Origin: a virus
Lineage: Duplodnaviria > Caudoviricetes
Direction: 5' to 3' (one strand)
DNA length: 64,000 nucleotides
IMG/VR virus record: IMGVR_UViG_3300048089_000093
Span: 21,241-85,240 of that record
The position numbers and the translations under genes are program-made. Positions within the stretch are counted from its first letter, which is position 1. Each line of letters begins with the position of its first letter. The notes under the pieces are model-generated. The model did not search any database, was not told the DNA's origin, and saw nothing but the letters and a program-made list of their open reading frames with translations. Of this stretch, positions 17,629 to 28,900 are shown one piece after another.

Positions 17629-19812
17629 TCAGATCTCCACGATATTTTGGAACACCTCTTCCGTGCCGCTTTCATGCGTAATCACGATCGTCTGCCCGAA
17701 GCCGGCGCTCGCTGCGAACGCGAGGCACGCCTGCGTACGATCCGCGCTGCACGCGCTGAACGGCTCGTCGAGCACCAGCATGTCGGCGCCGGGCACGAAG
17801 ACCTTGGTCAGGCCGACGCGGATGCCGAGCCCCAGCAGGTCCAAGGCGCTGCCGCTGTAGCTCGTGTAGGGCTTGCCATTGATCAGGAACGTCTTGCCCT
17901 CCCGCGTGACCTCAGACGGCTCACGGCGCATGCGCGTGAGGTACGTCGAGACTGCGCTCAGGATCATGTTCCAGAGCTGGTTGCCCACCACCGGCCGAGC
18001 GCGGCGCAACGCTGCGATCAGGTCGTTGTTGAACTGATACTTCGCAGCCTTCGCTTCGTCCTCAGCCAGCAGTTGCTTCAGGCGCGCGAGCATCTGCTTG
18101 TGACGCGCCTCGTTTTCCGTGAGCGACTTCAGCTGGCCCTGAAGCTCGCCGAGGCTGCCCGTGATGTCATTCAGCTTCGCGCGCAGCGTTGCGTTCTGCT
18201 GCTCCAGCTTTTCGATCAGTTCGTTCAGCTGACCCTCGGTCTCGTCGCGCTTCGTCTTGCGGTGCTCCGCCAGCTCGTAGCGCGCGTCGTCGAGGCGCTT
18301 GGCAGCCTGCTCAGCCGCAGATCGGGCAGCCGCGATGTCGCTCTCCGCGCGCTGGATGCTGCGTACCTCCTGCTCAATGCGCGCGATCCCCGGGGTGCTG
18401 TCGTGCTGAGCGCCTTCCGTATCCTTCGGGCCGATCCACTTCATGCGGAACGGTACGAACGTCGAGTCGATCTCGAACAGGTCGGGAAACTGGAGTGCGG
18501 TCTCGAAGCGCGGCGTGCGCAGGATCGCCTCGCCTGCCTCGACGCTCTCCGTCGCCTCCGTAAGCGCGGCGACGAGTTCGTGCCGGGCGCGATCGAGCGC
18601 CTCGATGTCCACGTACCAGGCGCTGATCTGCGCCTGCAGCGCGTCGTTCTTCGTCTTGACTTCAGGAAGCTGGCTCACGTCCTTGCCGCAAAGCCCGCAG
18701 GCGCTTGATGTGATCTTCTGGCTCTGAGCGACGGCGATCTTCTTCTCTAGCGCAGCCTTTGCGCTGGTGTTATCCAGCAGGTCGTTCCTGCGCGCAGACG
18801 CAGCGGCACGGTGCTCGTTGATGAACTCGCGCAGCCCCTCCTCGCCGGTCTCCGACCACTCCGTTTCCGGCGCCACGTACGCGTCGAACTTCCGCTTCGC
18901 TGCAACCACCGACGCCCACTGCTTCTCCTGCTCCAGCTCGCGGCGCAGCTGCACGAGCTGAGGCTCCAGATCCGACATCTTGGGTAGCTGCCCGAACGCC
19001 GTGATCTGCGAGGTGACCTTCTCGAACGCTTCGGCGTGATCCTGCTCTGCGCGGGCGACGTTGCGGCCAAGCTGCGTCTCGGCTGCGAAGTATTGGCCCA
19101 GCTCGCGCAACCGCGTGCGGGCCTCCTTGAGCGGCTCCACGCGCTTGTTCAGCGCCTCGACGTACTCGGCCTGCTTTGCGACCAGCGGCGCGATGCTCGT
19201 GTTGATGTCGGCAATCGCAGCTGCGTGGTCGACTGCCTCAGCGTCCGCGATCTGCTCGCGCGTCGACGCGATGCGGTCGTCGATCGTGCCGGTCGGGCCG
19301 CATTCGCCCTTGCCTTCAATCTGCCCGATGATCCACTCGACGATGTCCAGGCCGCTCATCTTCTCGATGAACTCGACCGCCTTGGTGTTGCCCTCATCGA
19401 GCAGGCCGCCGATCTCCTTCTGGCCGGCGAACGACATCTTCTCGACGATATCGAGCGGCGCGCCGAACTGTTCGGTGAACCACGCGGTGACCTCGTTCTG
19501 GCCGGTGACGGTCGGCTTCGGTGCGTCGGCCGGCACGTAGATCTCCGCGCCGTTCTTGCCGCGCGTGGCACGCACCGAGATACCGTTGAACGTGAACACG
19601 CCTTCGACCTTCGTCGAACTGGCCTTCGCGCCCCACGTCGTGAAGTCGCTGTTACGGCAGCGCTTGGAGCCGCCCATCAGGTACATCACCGACTCGATGA
19701 TGGTCGTCTTGCCTGCTTCGTTCTCGCCGCGCAGTGCGGTGTTGCCGGGCAGAAAGTGGACCGCCTTGCTGGTGTGCTGGCGGAAGTTGGTGAGGTGGAT
19801 TGAGTTAAGCAT
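17629..19812 (-). CDS. sbcC: SbcC/Rad50-like SMC ATPase
   Basis: Walker A GENEAGKTT, coiled coils, C..C zinc hook (CGLC), signature YSGS, Walker B LVLDEP. Confidence 0.92.
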   Translation of the reverse strand: MLNSIHLTNFRQHTSKAVHFLPGNTALRGENEAGKTTIIESVMYLMGGSKRCRNSDFTTWGAKASSTKVEGVFTFNGISVRATRGKNGAEIYVPADAPKPTVTGQNEVTAWFTEQFGAPLDIVEKMSFAGQKEIGGLLDEGNTKAVEFIEKMSGLDIVEWIIGQIEGKGECGPTGTIDDRIASTREQIADAEAVDHAAAIADINTSIAPLVAKQAEYVEALNKRVEPLKEARTRLRELGQYFAAETQLGRNVARAEQDHAEAFEKVTSQITAFGQLPKMSDLEPQLVQLRRELEQEKQWASVVAAKRKFDAYVAPETEWSETGEEGLREFINEHRAAASARRNDLLDNTSAKAALEKKIAVAQSQKITSSACGLCGKDVSQLPEVKTKNDALQAQISAWYVDIEALDRARHELVAALTEATESVEAGEAILRTPRFETALQFPDLFEIDSTFVPFRMKWIGPKDTEGAQHDSTPGIARIEQEVRSIQRAESDIAAARSAAEQAAKRLDDARYELAEHRKTKRDETEGQLNELIEKLEQQNATLRAKLNDITGSLGELQGQLKSLTENEARHKQMLARLKQLLAEDEAKAAKYQFNNDLIAALRRARPVVGNQLWNMILSAVSTYLTRMRREPSEVTREGKTFLINGKPYTSYSGSALDLLGLGIRVGLTKVFVPGADMLVLDEPFSACSADRTQACLAFAASAGFGQTIVITHESGTEEVFQNIVEI

Positions 19813-20005
19813 TTTTATTGTCCTTGGCGATACGTGCGATGCGAGTCACGTCATCAGTGCGTACGCGGAAAGTGTTGTCCTTGTCGACCAGCGCAAAACG
19901 ACTCACACGCCAACCGGTCGCGCTGCACACGCGTTGAATGAACTCCTGTTCTTCAGCCTCGCGTGTCAGCTCCGGGTACTCGTCATAGTGGCCGGGGTTA
20001 GACAT
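19805..20005 (-). CDS. Hypothetical protein
   Basis: GGAG SD, fills the gap between sbcD and sbcC. Confidence 0.55.
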   Translation of the reverse strand: MSNPGHYDEYPELTREAEEQEFIQRVCSATGWRVSRFALVDKDNTFRVRTDDVTRIARIAKDNKNA

Positions 20006-21071
20006 CCTCGGTCTCCTTGCGCGTCGCAACGATCGCGTCCACAGCCCCTTGCTGCTCGGGCGTCAGGTTGTCCTTCAGGAAGGTCAGCACGTCGAACCGC
20101 TGCACGTTCTCGACCGCCTCCAGCGCGCTCACGTCCATCGAGCGGCCGTCGACTTCCACCGCGTTGGTGATGACGAACGCGTTGTGCGACTTGCGCAGCG
20201 TCGACACCGCGGCGAGCACGTCGGCCGCCTGCTCGGCCGTCGCTTCGCCCTTCACGCGGATGAACTCGATCTCGGCCGGCACGGTGCTGAGCTTCGTCCA
20301 GTCGACTTCCATGTAGCTGCCGCGGTCTTCCCACGTCGTGATCGTCGTCATGCTGTGCTGCTCGACACGCAGCGCCCGCTTCGTGCTGTTGCCCAGGCAG
20401 TCCGAGATCGACGTCGGGAACTGGTTGCCCACCACGAACACGCCGCTCGCCTCCTGACGCTGCTGGTGCTCGTGGCCGAAGATGATCGACTTCACGCCGG
20501 CGCGGTGCAGGCGTTCGGCCTGAACCTTCGACATGTTCAGCGAGTGGTCCGCTTCTTCAGCGAAGCCGTTGTCGAAGTTCGCGTGCACGAACAGGTAGGG
20601 CCGCGGGTTCTTTCCGATGTCGTCGAGCGCAAGGTTGAACAGCTCCTGATTCGGCAGGTGCGGAAGAATCCACACCGGGCCTGCGTCAGTGATCACCTGC
20701 TCATAGTCGATGACGACGATCACGCGCTCGATGCCGAGCGCTGCCGTGAGCATCGAGCCGAACACGTCGAACGAGCTGAGCTTCTCGCTGTTCTTCGAGA
20801 TGTCGTGGTTGCCGCGCGAGAGGATCAACTTGCGGATCTTGCCGAGGCGGAACGCGTCGAGCACTGTGTTGAACGCGCGAACGAGGTCGTTGTTCGAGAT
20901 GATGAAACCGTCGAACAGGTCGCCATTGATGAGCACGTCCTCGTCAGGCTCAGCCAGATCGAGCAGCTGCGCGAAGCAGTCGTGCGCGTAATTGCTCAGC
21001 AGGGCGTAGGAGATCGGCGTAGTGCCGCCGGTACGGTGTGGTCCGATGTGCAGGTCGTTGAGTGTCAGCAT
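19998..21071 (-). CDS. sbcD: SbcD/Mre11-like metallophosphoesterase nuclease
   Basis: DLH, GDLFD, GNHD, H, GHEH motifs; true start ATG 21071 behind an AGGAAAGG SD. Confidence 0.9.
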   Translation of the reverse strand: MLTLNDLHIGPHRTGGTTPISYALLSNYAHDCFAQLLDLAEPDEDVLINGDLFDGFIISNNDLVRAFNTVLDAFRLGKIRKLILSRGNHDISKNSEKLSSFDVFGSMLTAALGIERVIVVIDYEQVITDAGPVWILPHLPNQELFNLALDDIGKNPRPYLFVHANFDNGFAEEADHSLNMSKVQAERLHRAGVKSIIFGHEHQQRQEASGVFVVGNQFPTSISDCLGNSTKRALRVEQHSMTTITTWEDRGSYMEVDWTKLSTVPAEIEFIRVKGEATAEQAADVLAAVSTLRKSHNAFVITNAVEVDGRSMDVSALEAVENVQRFDVLTFLKDNLTPEQQGAVDAIVATRKETEDV

Positions 21072-21649
21072 TGTTCTGTTTCCTTTCCTGCGTTGATGAA
21101 GCACTCGCGGTAGCGCGCGAGGAACTGTTCGTACGCGATCTCGGGGATCATCGGCTCGTCGATGTGGAACTTGTCGATTGCTTCGCAGCCGTAGACTCCG
21201 AGCAGCGAGCCCCACGCGTCCGTGTTGTGCATGATGTCGCGCTGCTCAATTGCGAGAGCGATCAGGTCAGCAGTGCGCGTGCCGTGCTCGTTGAACACCG
21301 CACCCGGCGCGAGCCGATCCATCAGGTAACGCTGCACCTCAGCCTCGATCTCGACGTACCCCGGCAGCAGGCTCTTGAGCGGCGAGGTAATGTCACCCAG
21401 CAGCGCCTCGCTCGCGTCGTGCATCAGGCCGCCGAACACGACGCTCGCGGGCGCGTCTGCACGCTGCAGGATGTCGGCCACGAGGATGCTGTGCTCAGCG
21501 ACGCTATAGAAGCGTTCACACTGCCCTGCGAACCGGCACACGTTGGACAGACCCTTGGCGATATCGGGGATCTCGACTTCGTTCGACCAGATGTTCGTGA
21601 AGTCGAAGTAGCGGCCGGTGAAGGTGATGATGTCTTTGCGGATAGTCAT
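21065..21649 (-). CDS. HD-domain phosphohydrolase (YfbR/YfdR-like deoxynucleotidase)
   Basis: DIA..LS..CRF.G, YSVAEHS, LMHDASEA..GDI.SP.K. Confidence 0.85.
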   Translation of the reverse strand: MTIRKDIITFTGRYFDFTNIWSNEVEIPDIAKGLSNVCRFAGQCERFYSVAEHSILVADILQRADAPASVVFGGLMHDASEALLGDITSPLKSLLPGYVEIEAEVQRYLMDRLAPGAVFNEHGTRTADLIALAIEQRDIMHNTDAWGSLLGVYGCEAIDKFHIDEPMIPEIAYEQFLARYRECFINAGKETEQC

Positions 21650-23013
21650 GCGATCACTCCCGGTGCCGCCACCAGATCGCGGAACTTGATCTTGCGTGCA
21701 TGCCGCAGCGCGCCGCTCGGCATCGTGCCGTTGCTTTCCACGTCGATCAGACGGCCGATTACATAGAACTCGGAGTCAGGCACCGCCACGTGCTCCGTGA
21801 CCACACGCAGGCCCGTAGCCTTGTCCTGAGCGATGCTCGTCCACTTCACAGGTTGCCCCGTGTGAGCTGCCCATATCAGCGCGCGTTCTTCAGGGGTCCA
21901 GCCGCCGCCAACGTTCGAGGGCACACCGTTCTTCGTGACCACGACGCCGCCGAGCGAGTGTTCGAACTGGCCGCCGACTTCACCGCCGTACACCGCACCG
22001 ATCTCCAGCGTGTCGGCATCTTCGCCCTTCAGCTTCAACCAGTCCGCGCTGCGCTTCTTCGAGTAGCGCGACGCTGCGTTCTTGAACACGCCGCCTTCGA
22101 AGCCCGCGTCCATCCACGCGTCGCCCATAGCGAGCATCGCGGTCGCGTCATCACCGAACGACGTGTGCGACAGGTAGCGCACGTTTTCCGGCTCGTTGCC
22201 GCGGAAGTAAGCCTGCAGCTCCAGCAACCGATCTTCAAGCGCTGCGCCAACCACATCGCCGCCGCGCGTATCGTTGAACAGGTCGAACGGGATGATGTCG
22301 AAGCACTGCAGGATCGTGGTCGACTTCAGGCTCTCGATGTTGACCGTGCGGCGCAGCTGCCCGATCGAGTCGAGGAAATCCACGCCCACGCCCTCAGCGT
22401 CGACCACGAGGTGCCGGCCGCCGAACACTTCAAGCACCTGCGGCTCCAGATGCTTCAGCGCCGGGATTTCGTTACCGCTGCGGGTGAAAAATGTCGCGCT
22501 GTTGTCGCGCACTACGGCCAGCGAACGCATGCCGTCGAACTTGATCGAGCCGAGCCAGTTGGAACCCGGCTTGATGCGCTTCGCTTCGAACGGCTTGGCG
22601 AGCGCACAGGTGAATACCGGGATGTGGAAGTCGAGACCGAGCTGGTTGATCGTCTTGATGCCGACGCCGCACTTCAGCTCCTTGTCGAGCGCGCGGTTCA
22701 GCAAGTCCACAGCGATCTGGCTGTAGTGCTGGCCGAAGTTCATCAGCGCCGTCTTCGCAGCGTTGCCGGTGATCTCGCGTTGAGCGAGCGAGTCGAGCAG
22801 CGTGTAGCAGCCCTCATCCCATTCGCACTGACCGCCGCCCCACGCGACCTTGCCCTTCTGGCCGTAGGTGATGCTGGGGTCGAGCACGGCCATGATGTAG
22901 CGCCGCACGTTGTCGCCGGCGGGGCCGTTGTAGGAGAGCAGGCTTTTGACTTTAGATTCGAGAGCGCTGCCGCTGACTGATGCGAACTGGCTCAGGACGT
23001 CGTAGATACTCAT
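21646..23013 (-). CDS. ATP-dependent DNA ligase
   Basis: KFDG.R (motif I), D.E (III), FDI (IIIa), EG...K (IV), W.KLK (V). Confidence 0.9.
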   Translation of the reverse strand: MSIYDVLSQFASVSGSALESKVKSLLSYNGPAGDNVRRYIMAVLDPSITYGQKGKVAWGGGQCEWDEGCYTLLDSLAQREITGNAAKTALMNFGQHYSQIAVDLLNRALDKELKCGVGIKTINQLGLDFHIPVFTCALAKPFEAKRIKPGSNWLGSIKFDGMRSLAVVRDNSATFFTRSGNEIPALKHLEPQVLEVFGGRHLVVDAEGVGVDFLDSIGQLRRTVNIESLKSTTILQCFDIIPFDLFNDTRGGDVVGAALEDRLLELQAYFRGNEPENVRYLSHTSFGDDATAMLAMGDAWMDAGFEGGVFKNAASRYSKKRSADWLKLKGEDADTLEIGAVYGGEVGGQFEHSLGGVVVTKNGVPSNVGGGWTPEERALIWAAHTGQPVKWTSIAQDKATGLRVVTEHVAVPDSEFYVIGRLIDVESNGTMPSGALRHARKIKFRDLVAAPGVIA

Positions 23014-23054
23014 TGCGGGTTCCTTTGGGTGGGTAAAGGAGTTGTGGGGGTGAA

Positions 23055-24569
23055 TCAGTAACCGATGATTGCGTCGAAACGGGCGCGGGTGACCGCCACG
23101 TACAGCGCTGTGTTGTACTCAAAGGTCGTGGGCATCTGCATCAGGTTCGGCAGATCGATCAGCGCGATGTCGAACGTGCTGCCCTGCGACTTGTGCGTGG
23201 TCATCGCGAACGTGTGGCGGATATCAGCGAAGCTGTTCTTGTAGAGCCACGCAGCGCCGCGCGCCTGCGTGTACTTTTCCTTCAGCTGGATGTTGCGCGG
23301 CTCGCGCTGGTGCTGATACTTCAGATCCTGCACTTCGGCGAACATCTCTCCGAGGCGCGAGTTCAGTGCGTTCATCAGCTTCGGCGTGTACACCTTCACG
23401 TAGTTGCCGAGGTCGTCCTTCAGGACCATCACGTAGCAGGTGAAGCCGGGGTACTTGTGGTGCTCGCCCATCTCGACGTGCTCGATCACCAGCTCCTCGC
23501 TCGTCACCAGATCGACGTCCTTGCCGGTGTCGATGTTCTCGCCCTTGGTCGCGCTCTGCACGATCACGCGCTCGCCTACAGAGAACATCAGCGGCACCGA
23601 CTCCGGGTATAGGTCGAAGTGGATCTCGCGGTTGTAGTCGAGCACAGCGCGGTTCATGTACGCGAGAATCCGCGCGTCGCGTCCTTCACGCTGCAGATCG
23701 AGCGCCATGCCGTAGAGGCGGTTGCGCTTGACCATCGAGTCGGGCAGCAGGTCCATCAGGTCGCTGACCTGCACGCGGTCTTCCTGCCCGAGAGAGCGGA
23801 TGATGCGCTCCTGCTCGTCGACGGTCGGCGCAGCGAGGATGTCTTCAATGCGATTCTTGCGCCGGATGAACATCGACGCCTCGATCAGCGGGTTGCCCTC
23901 AGCCTGCCGGATGATCTTCGTCATCGTGGCCTTCTGCGGCAGCGCGAACACGCGCGACATGCCAGCCTCCATCACCGGCTTCAGCTGACCGGGGTCGCCG
24001 ACGAACAGCACCAGCGTACGGCCGCGGCTGTTCTGGATCGCCTGCAGCAGCATCTTCGAGTCGACCATCGACGCCTCGTCGACGATCAGCAGGTTCACGC
24101 CGTCGAACTTCGAGTAGCCGGTGCTGGAGATCTTCAGCTCGCCGTCATCGCTCTCGACCATGCGCAGCCCACAGATGCTGTGCAGGCTGCTGAACGTAGC
24201 GTTGACCACGCGCGCCTTGGCAATGGCGCGGACCTTCTCCTGCAGGATCGAGACCGCCTTGTTGGTCGGCGCTGTGACCGCGAGGTTCCAGTCGTGGGCC
24301 GACGCTTCCATGATCAGCTCGCCGACGAGCACCGTCTTGCCGACGCCAGCGAAGCCGCGCAGCACGTAGTAGTCGTCGGGGTTGTCGGAGAACCACTCCT
24401 CGGAGTCCTCGGGCATCCGGAAAGCAGGCTTCTTCCACTTGAGTTCGTCGCCGCCTTCCTGCCGCGGGTCGCGGCGCACCATCCAGGTGAGGATCTTGTC
24501 GAGTTCAGTCCGCTGTTCAGCGGACAAACCCTCATAGGACGCGACGGCGTCCTGGGTGATCGTGCTCAT
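23055..24569 (-). CDS. SF1B DNA helicase, Dda/RecD-like
   Basis: GFAGVGKT, APTNKA, DEASM, GD..QL.PV, T.HKSQGSTF, YVAVTRAR. Confidence 0.92.
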   Translation of the reverse strand: MSTITQDAVASYEGLSAEQRTELDKILTWMVRRDPRQEGGDELKWKKPAFRMPEDSEEWFSDNPDDYYVLRGFAGVGKTVLVGELIMEASAHDWNLAVTAPTNKAVSILQEKVRAIAKARVVNATFSSLHSICGLRMVESDDGELKISSTGYSKFDGVNLLIVDEASMVDSKMLLQAIQNSRGRTLVLFVGDPGQLKPVMEAGMSRVFALPQKATMTKIIRQAEGNPLIEASMFIRRKNRIEDILAAPTVDEQERIIRSLGQEDRVQVSDLMDLLPDSMVKRNRLYGMALDLQREGRDARILAYMNRAVLDYNREIHFDLYPESVPLMFSVGERVIVQSATKGENIDTGKDVDLVTSEELVIEHVEMGEHHKYPGFTCYVMVLKDDLGNYVKVYTPKLMNALNSRLGEMFAEVQDLKYQHQREPRNIQLKEKYTQARGAAWLYKNSFADIRHTFAMTTHKSQGSTFDIALIDLPNLMQMPTTFEYNTALYVAVTRARFDAIIGY

Positions 24570-24619
24570 GTTTTTCTCCCGGCGACATTTTCAGTCGCCT
24601 CGAATCTGCTATCTGAATA

Positions 24620-25135
24620 CTAAAGGGTGTTATTGAACCAGGGTCTCAGCTCGGCGTCAAGCGCGGCCTTCGCAGTGGGGTACGAAGGCCAGCCGTCTGT
24701 TGCGAAGTCGCCCTTCGTCTGCTCGAAGAAGGGGTCAATCAGCATCGCCACCCACCGGTCGTTGTCCCCGGTGTGATGCACGAGCACCACGACGGGCACG
24801 CCAGCCAGAGAGCGGCGCTTCAGGCGGTTGATCTGCGGACGCGGGAAGTTCTTCGAGGGCAGCTTGTCGAAGCTGGTCTCCTTCACTTCGAGCGTCAGCA
24901 GCCTGCCGGTCCACATCATGTCGTAGTCGCCCACCACGGCCTTCACAACACCGCCCGCTTCACGCGTATCGACCGGGCGGTCCCAGGCGAACCCCATGCC
25001 GCGCTTCAGCTGCTCAGCCTTGAGCCACTGCTTCACGGCGTTCTCGCTCGCCTTACCCTTCTGGCCTTGCTTCTTGCGTCGCGCGCGGTCGTCGCGCCAC
25101 GCAGTGAAGGCTGTGTTGTCGGCGGTTTCAGACAT
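24620..25135 (-). CDS. PD-(D/E)xK nuclease, RecU/Holliday junction resolvase-like
   Basis: G..SE, DYD....G....LEVKET motif, replication-module context. Confidence 0.7.
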   Translation of the reverse strand: MSETADNTAFTAWRDDRARRKKQGQKGKASENAVKQWLKAEQLKRGMGFAWDRPVDTREAGGVVKAVVGDYDMMWTGRLLTLEVKETSFDKLPSKNFPRPQINRLKRRSLAGVPVVVLVHHTGDNDRWVAMLIDPFFEQTKGDFATDGWPSYPTAKAALDAELRPWFNNTL

Positions 25136-25397
25136 ACCGGAAGCGCCCCGACAATCCGGTGTGGAACTCGCCGTCCCAATCGAGCGGGTAGACGTCCTGC
25201 AGCGCTCGCTGGTTCGGCGTGCCTGCTGCGTCGACCACGTTCACATCGATCCTGAACGCCCGCGCCTCAGCGCTCCACTTCACCTCGCGGCTCGTGACCT
25301 TGACGGGCACCGGCGCCTTGCGCGAGTTCAGTTTGATCAGCACCTCGGTGCCCACTTCCGGCAGTCCTGCGCCGTTCCAGTTTTTCTTTACGCCCAT
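25128..25397 (-). CDS. Hypothetical protein
   Basis: Coupled ORF with typical codon use. Confidence 0.6.
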   Translation of the reverse strand: MGVKKNWNGAGLPEVGTEVLIKLNSRKAPVPVKVTSREVKWSAEARAFRIDVNVVDAAGTPNQRALQDVYPLDWDGEFHTGLSGRFRYV

Positions 25398-25657
25398 GAT
25401 TTCTGCCCCCGGTTACCAATACGTTTTTCGTGGTCCTGCTGACACTCTGACTTTCCACCGCTGACGAGCGGCGGGCAGTAGAGCGTGCCCTTGTCGATGG
25501 ATTCCCGGCAGTTGAGGCATACACCTGCTGCGAGATTTCTTTCTTCATGCTCCTTGCGCTCTCGGGCGATTTTTTCGGCGGCCTTGCGTTGAACTGACAA
25601 GCTCGCTGCCAGCTCAATCTCGACCGTGTCGTTTGCTGCATCTGCAATATCTGGCAT
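25388..25657 (-). CDS. TraR/DksA-family C4 zinc-finger protein
   Basis: M.D.AD.A N-terminal acidic tip; C..C.E.I ... C......C...E. Confidence 0.72.
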   Translation of the reverse strand: MPDIADAANDTVEIELAASLSVQRKAAEKIARERKEHEERNLAAGVCLNCRESIDKGTLYCPPLVSGGKSECQQDHEKRIGNRGQKSWA

Positions 25658-25721
25658 CTCTGAACCCCATATATCTTGTGGAATACCCGGTCTTTGCCGG
25701 GCATTCGTATCGTACTCCGAA

Positions 25722-25907
25722 CTACTTTAGCGCTCTATAGATCCACGGCGTACCGTTCGGGCTATAGGTCACCAGCTCGCCCTGCTGAAGCACGGGCACA
25801 GCACGGCTGTTCGGGCGGCCCGGTTGCAGGTGAGCGATGCGGCGCACTTCCTCGCGACCATTGGCGACCACCAGAACCTCGGTGAAGATGTCGTACCTAC
25901 GCTGCAT
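25722..25907 (-). CDS. Hypothetical protein
   Basis: 61 aa ORF coupled to polA. Confidence 0.45.
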   Translation of the reverse strand: MQRRYDIFTEVLVVANGREEVRRIAHLQPGRPNSRAVPVLQQGELVTYSPNGTPWIYRALK

Positions 25908-28900
25908 GCTTCACCCCCGAATCGTTCGCTGCGTGTTGCGGCCAGAGCTGGTCGATTGCACCCTGGATCTTGTCGGTGCTCGGCACCTCGCCGATCTCGA
26001 TCAGGTTCAGGAAGTCGTGGCCGATGCCGATGCTCGACTCGATCGGGATAGTCATGTTTGCGTACTGCATCGTCATCAGTGCGTGCAGCTCCTGCGTGAA
26101 CTTGACGATATCACCGCGACCGACGCTGAACACCAGCTCGTCGTGCACCACGCCGATGAACGTTGCGTCGTAACGAACCAGCAACTTCGCGCGCCAGATC
26201 CGACCCATCGCGAGCTTCGTCATCTCGGCGCAGCTGCCCTGAATGACGAAGTTCACCGCCTGACGCTCGGCCCGGCTGCGAATCCACCATTCCGACGATG
26301 CGAACGCGCTCGCGAGATGGCGCCGGCCGCCGAGCAGCGTGAGGCTGTAGCCCTGGCGCTTGGCCTGCGGAATGATCTCCTCCTTTTTCCATTCTTCCGC
26401 GCGCCAGAACGTGCCGTGCTTTGCGTCGAGATAGGCTTGCGCTTCTTCTTCCGGAACCATCAGCGTTGCAGCCATCTTCGGGGCCATCGCGCCGTACTCC
26501 GAAGCGAAGTTCGTCGTCTTGGCCTTTTTGCGCAGCGCCTTGATCTGCTTGTGCAGCGGGTGGTTCACGTCCTTCTCGACCGCAGCGAACCACTCGTACG
26601 TGACTTCCTCGTTGACCTCGATCTCCTTGGTCTGAGCCTTGCGCTGCGTGATCGACACGCCGGTGAGGTGGTGCATATCGCGCTTGTTGTCGCCCACGAA
26701 GCACGACGTCATCGCTTCGTCGCCTGACGCGTCGGCGATCACGCGCAGCTCCTGCGCCTTGAAGTCGAGCGCCACAATCGCTGCGTCGTGGTGGTGTGGC
26801 TTGATCGTCGCGCGGAAGTCGCCCTTCTCGCCCTTCGGCCATTGCGCCTTGTTCGGCTTGTTCGGCGCGAACCGGCGCGTCACCGTGCGGCACTGACCGT
26901 CGCTGCCATGCACGCTGCCATCCATCCAGTGCGGCAACGCACGGTACGGGCGGTAATACATCTTGCGCCGCGTGCCGACGGCTCGCATGTCGTGGATTGC
27001 GTCGAGCATCGCGACTTCCGTCGGGTGCGTTTCGCTGTCGTAGAACTTCGCCGACGCAATCGCGAGCGCGTCGGTCTTCGGCGTGCCCACAGCGCTACGG
27101 CCCTGCTCCGCCTTCATTGCCTTGGTCGGGCGGTTGCGAGCGCGCACAGGCAGACTCATGACTTCGTACAGCAGCCGGGACATCTGCTTCGGGCTGTCGC
27201 TGTTCAGCTCGGGCTCGCCCTTATAGAAGCGCCGCACGTACGCTTCGACGTGAGACATGTTGCCGTCGGCAGTCTTGATTGCAGCGTCGTACAGGTCAGC
27301 CAGCGTCGCCGCGTCGTCGTTCTCGCGCATCACTGCGGTGATCTTCGACGGCGTGCGCGCCTTGCACTCCAGCTCGACGCCGGTAACGATCTGATACATC
27401 ACCTTCATCGACGCGGGTTCGAGCGTCACAGCGGGCAGCTCGACGCCGTCCCACTTCTTCTCGATCAGGTACGAGCGCAGTTTCGCCCACGCTGCGTCGT
27501 AGAGCTTGTCGTCTGCACGCTCCTGCTTGCGCATTTCTTCGCGGCTGAAGTTGACGCCAGTGATGAAGCCCGCCGCGCTCAGGTACGCTGCGTCGATCTC
27601 GACCTCGCGGTACAGGTCGAACGTACGCTCCAGCTGCATCACGATCTCGTAGTAGTTGCGCAGCGCCGCGGTGACGATCGTGTCGTCGGTGCCGTATGCA
27701 AACGCCTCCTGCGGCGTGAGCTGGTTCATCTTGCGGCCCTGCGTCACTTCCTCGTACGAGACCTGCTCATAGCCCAGCACCATCTGCGCCTGCTGCTTGA
27801 GGCCGAGCGACACGTTCTCGTCGACGTAGCTCGCCATGAAGAACGTGTCGTCGATGCGCGGCATGAAGCCGTTGTCGAACTGATCGTCGCCGTCCGTCCA
27901 CTCGATCAGGTTCATGAACCACACCGGCAGTTCGAACGCGCTGTTGTGTACAGGGAAGCGAATCTCCACGTCCTCGCGGATGAGTCGCGCGAGGAACTGG
28001 TACAGGTTGTGCATCGAGATGTTTTTGTCGGTCTTGTGGTTGACCGTCAGGTACAGCGTGTGCTCGGTGTTTTCGCCCAGCGTCACGCCCATGCTGACGA
28101 TCCTCGAAGCCAGCACATCAACGCCGCCTGCGCGCTTCTTCGCAACAGCTTCCTGCGGATCTTCGTCCTCGTCGTCGCTCTCGATCTCCTCGACATAGTC
28201 AGGGTCGTTCACCTGCGCGAGCCACTCATCGGACTCGGGCGGTGTCGCCGTTTCAAGGTCAAGCGTCACGTAGGGCGACTTGCGGATGCGTGCCCACAGA
28301 CCGCTTGCCATCAGTTGCGCAAAGTTGCCGCTCGTGACCAGCGTGCGAGTCTGATACCAGTGATCGAAGCGCTCGTCCTTGGGCTCGCCTTCCGGCTTCT
28401 CCGTCACCATGCCGACGTCCCACTGCAGCTCCTTGCCCGGCTGGCCGATCTCATCGTCGAAGAACTGCACGCACTGGTAGCAACGGCGCACGACGTCCTT
28501 GTGTTCGAGCAGCTTGGCGAGGGGCTTGAAGTCCGCAGCTGCGACCTCGATCGACTTCCAGTCGGCCTTCACGATGACGTCTTCCAGCTCGCGCATGCCG
28601 TCGGCGTCTGCCGCGCAGTACAGGTCGGTGAACGCTGCCACGCCAAAGCCGTGCGCGCCGGGCAGCGTGTCGCTCTTGTCGCCGACCAGCGCCTTGTACA
28701 GGCGGTTGAATTCGAGCGGCCACGGCCCGAGCGGATTCTCGTTCGGGTCGATGACCTTCGACTGGTAGCGGATCTTCACGTCGGGCAGCGTCGCGAGGAT
28801 CAGCATGTCACCGTCGTCGGCCACGCCGACGCGCGGACCCTGCAGGTTCTTCATCAGGTACGCGAACACGTCGTCGGCCTCGCGGCCGTCGAGCTTCACG

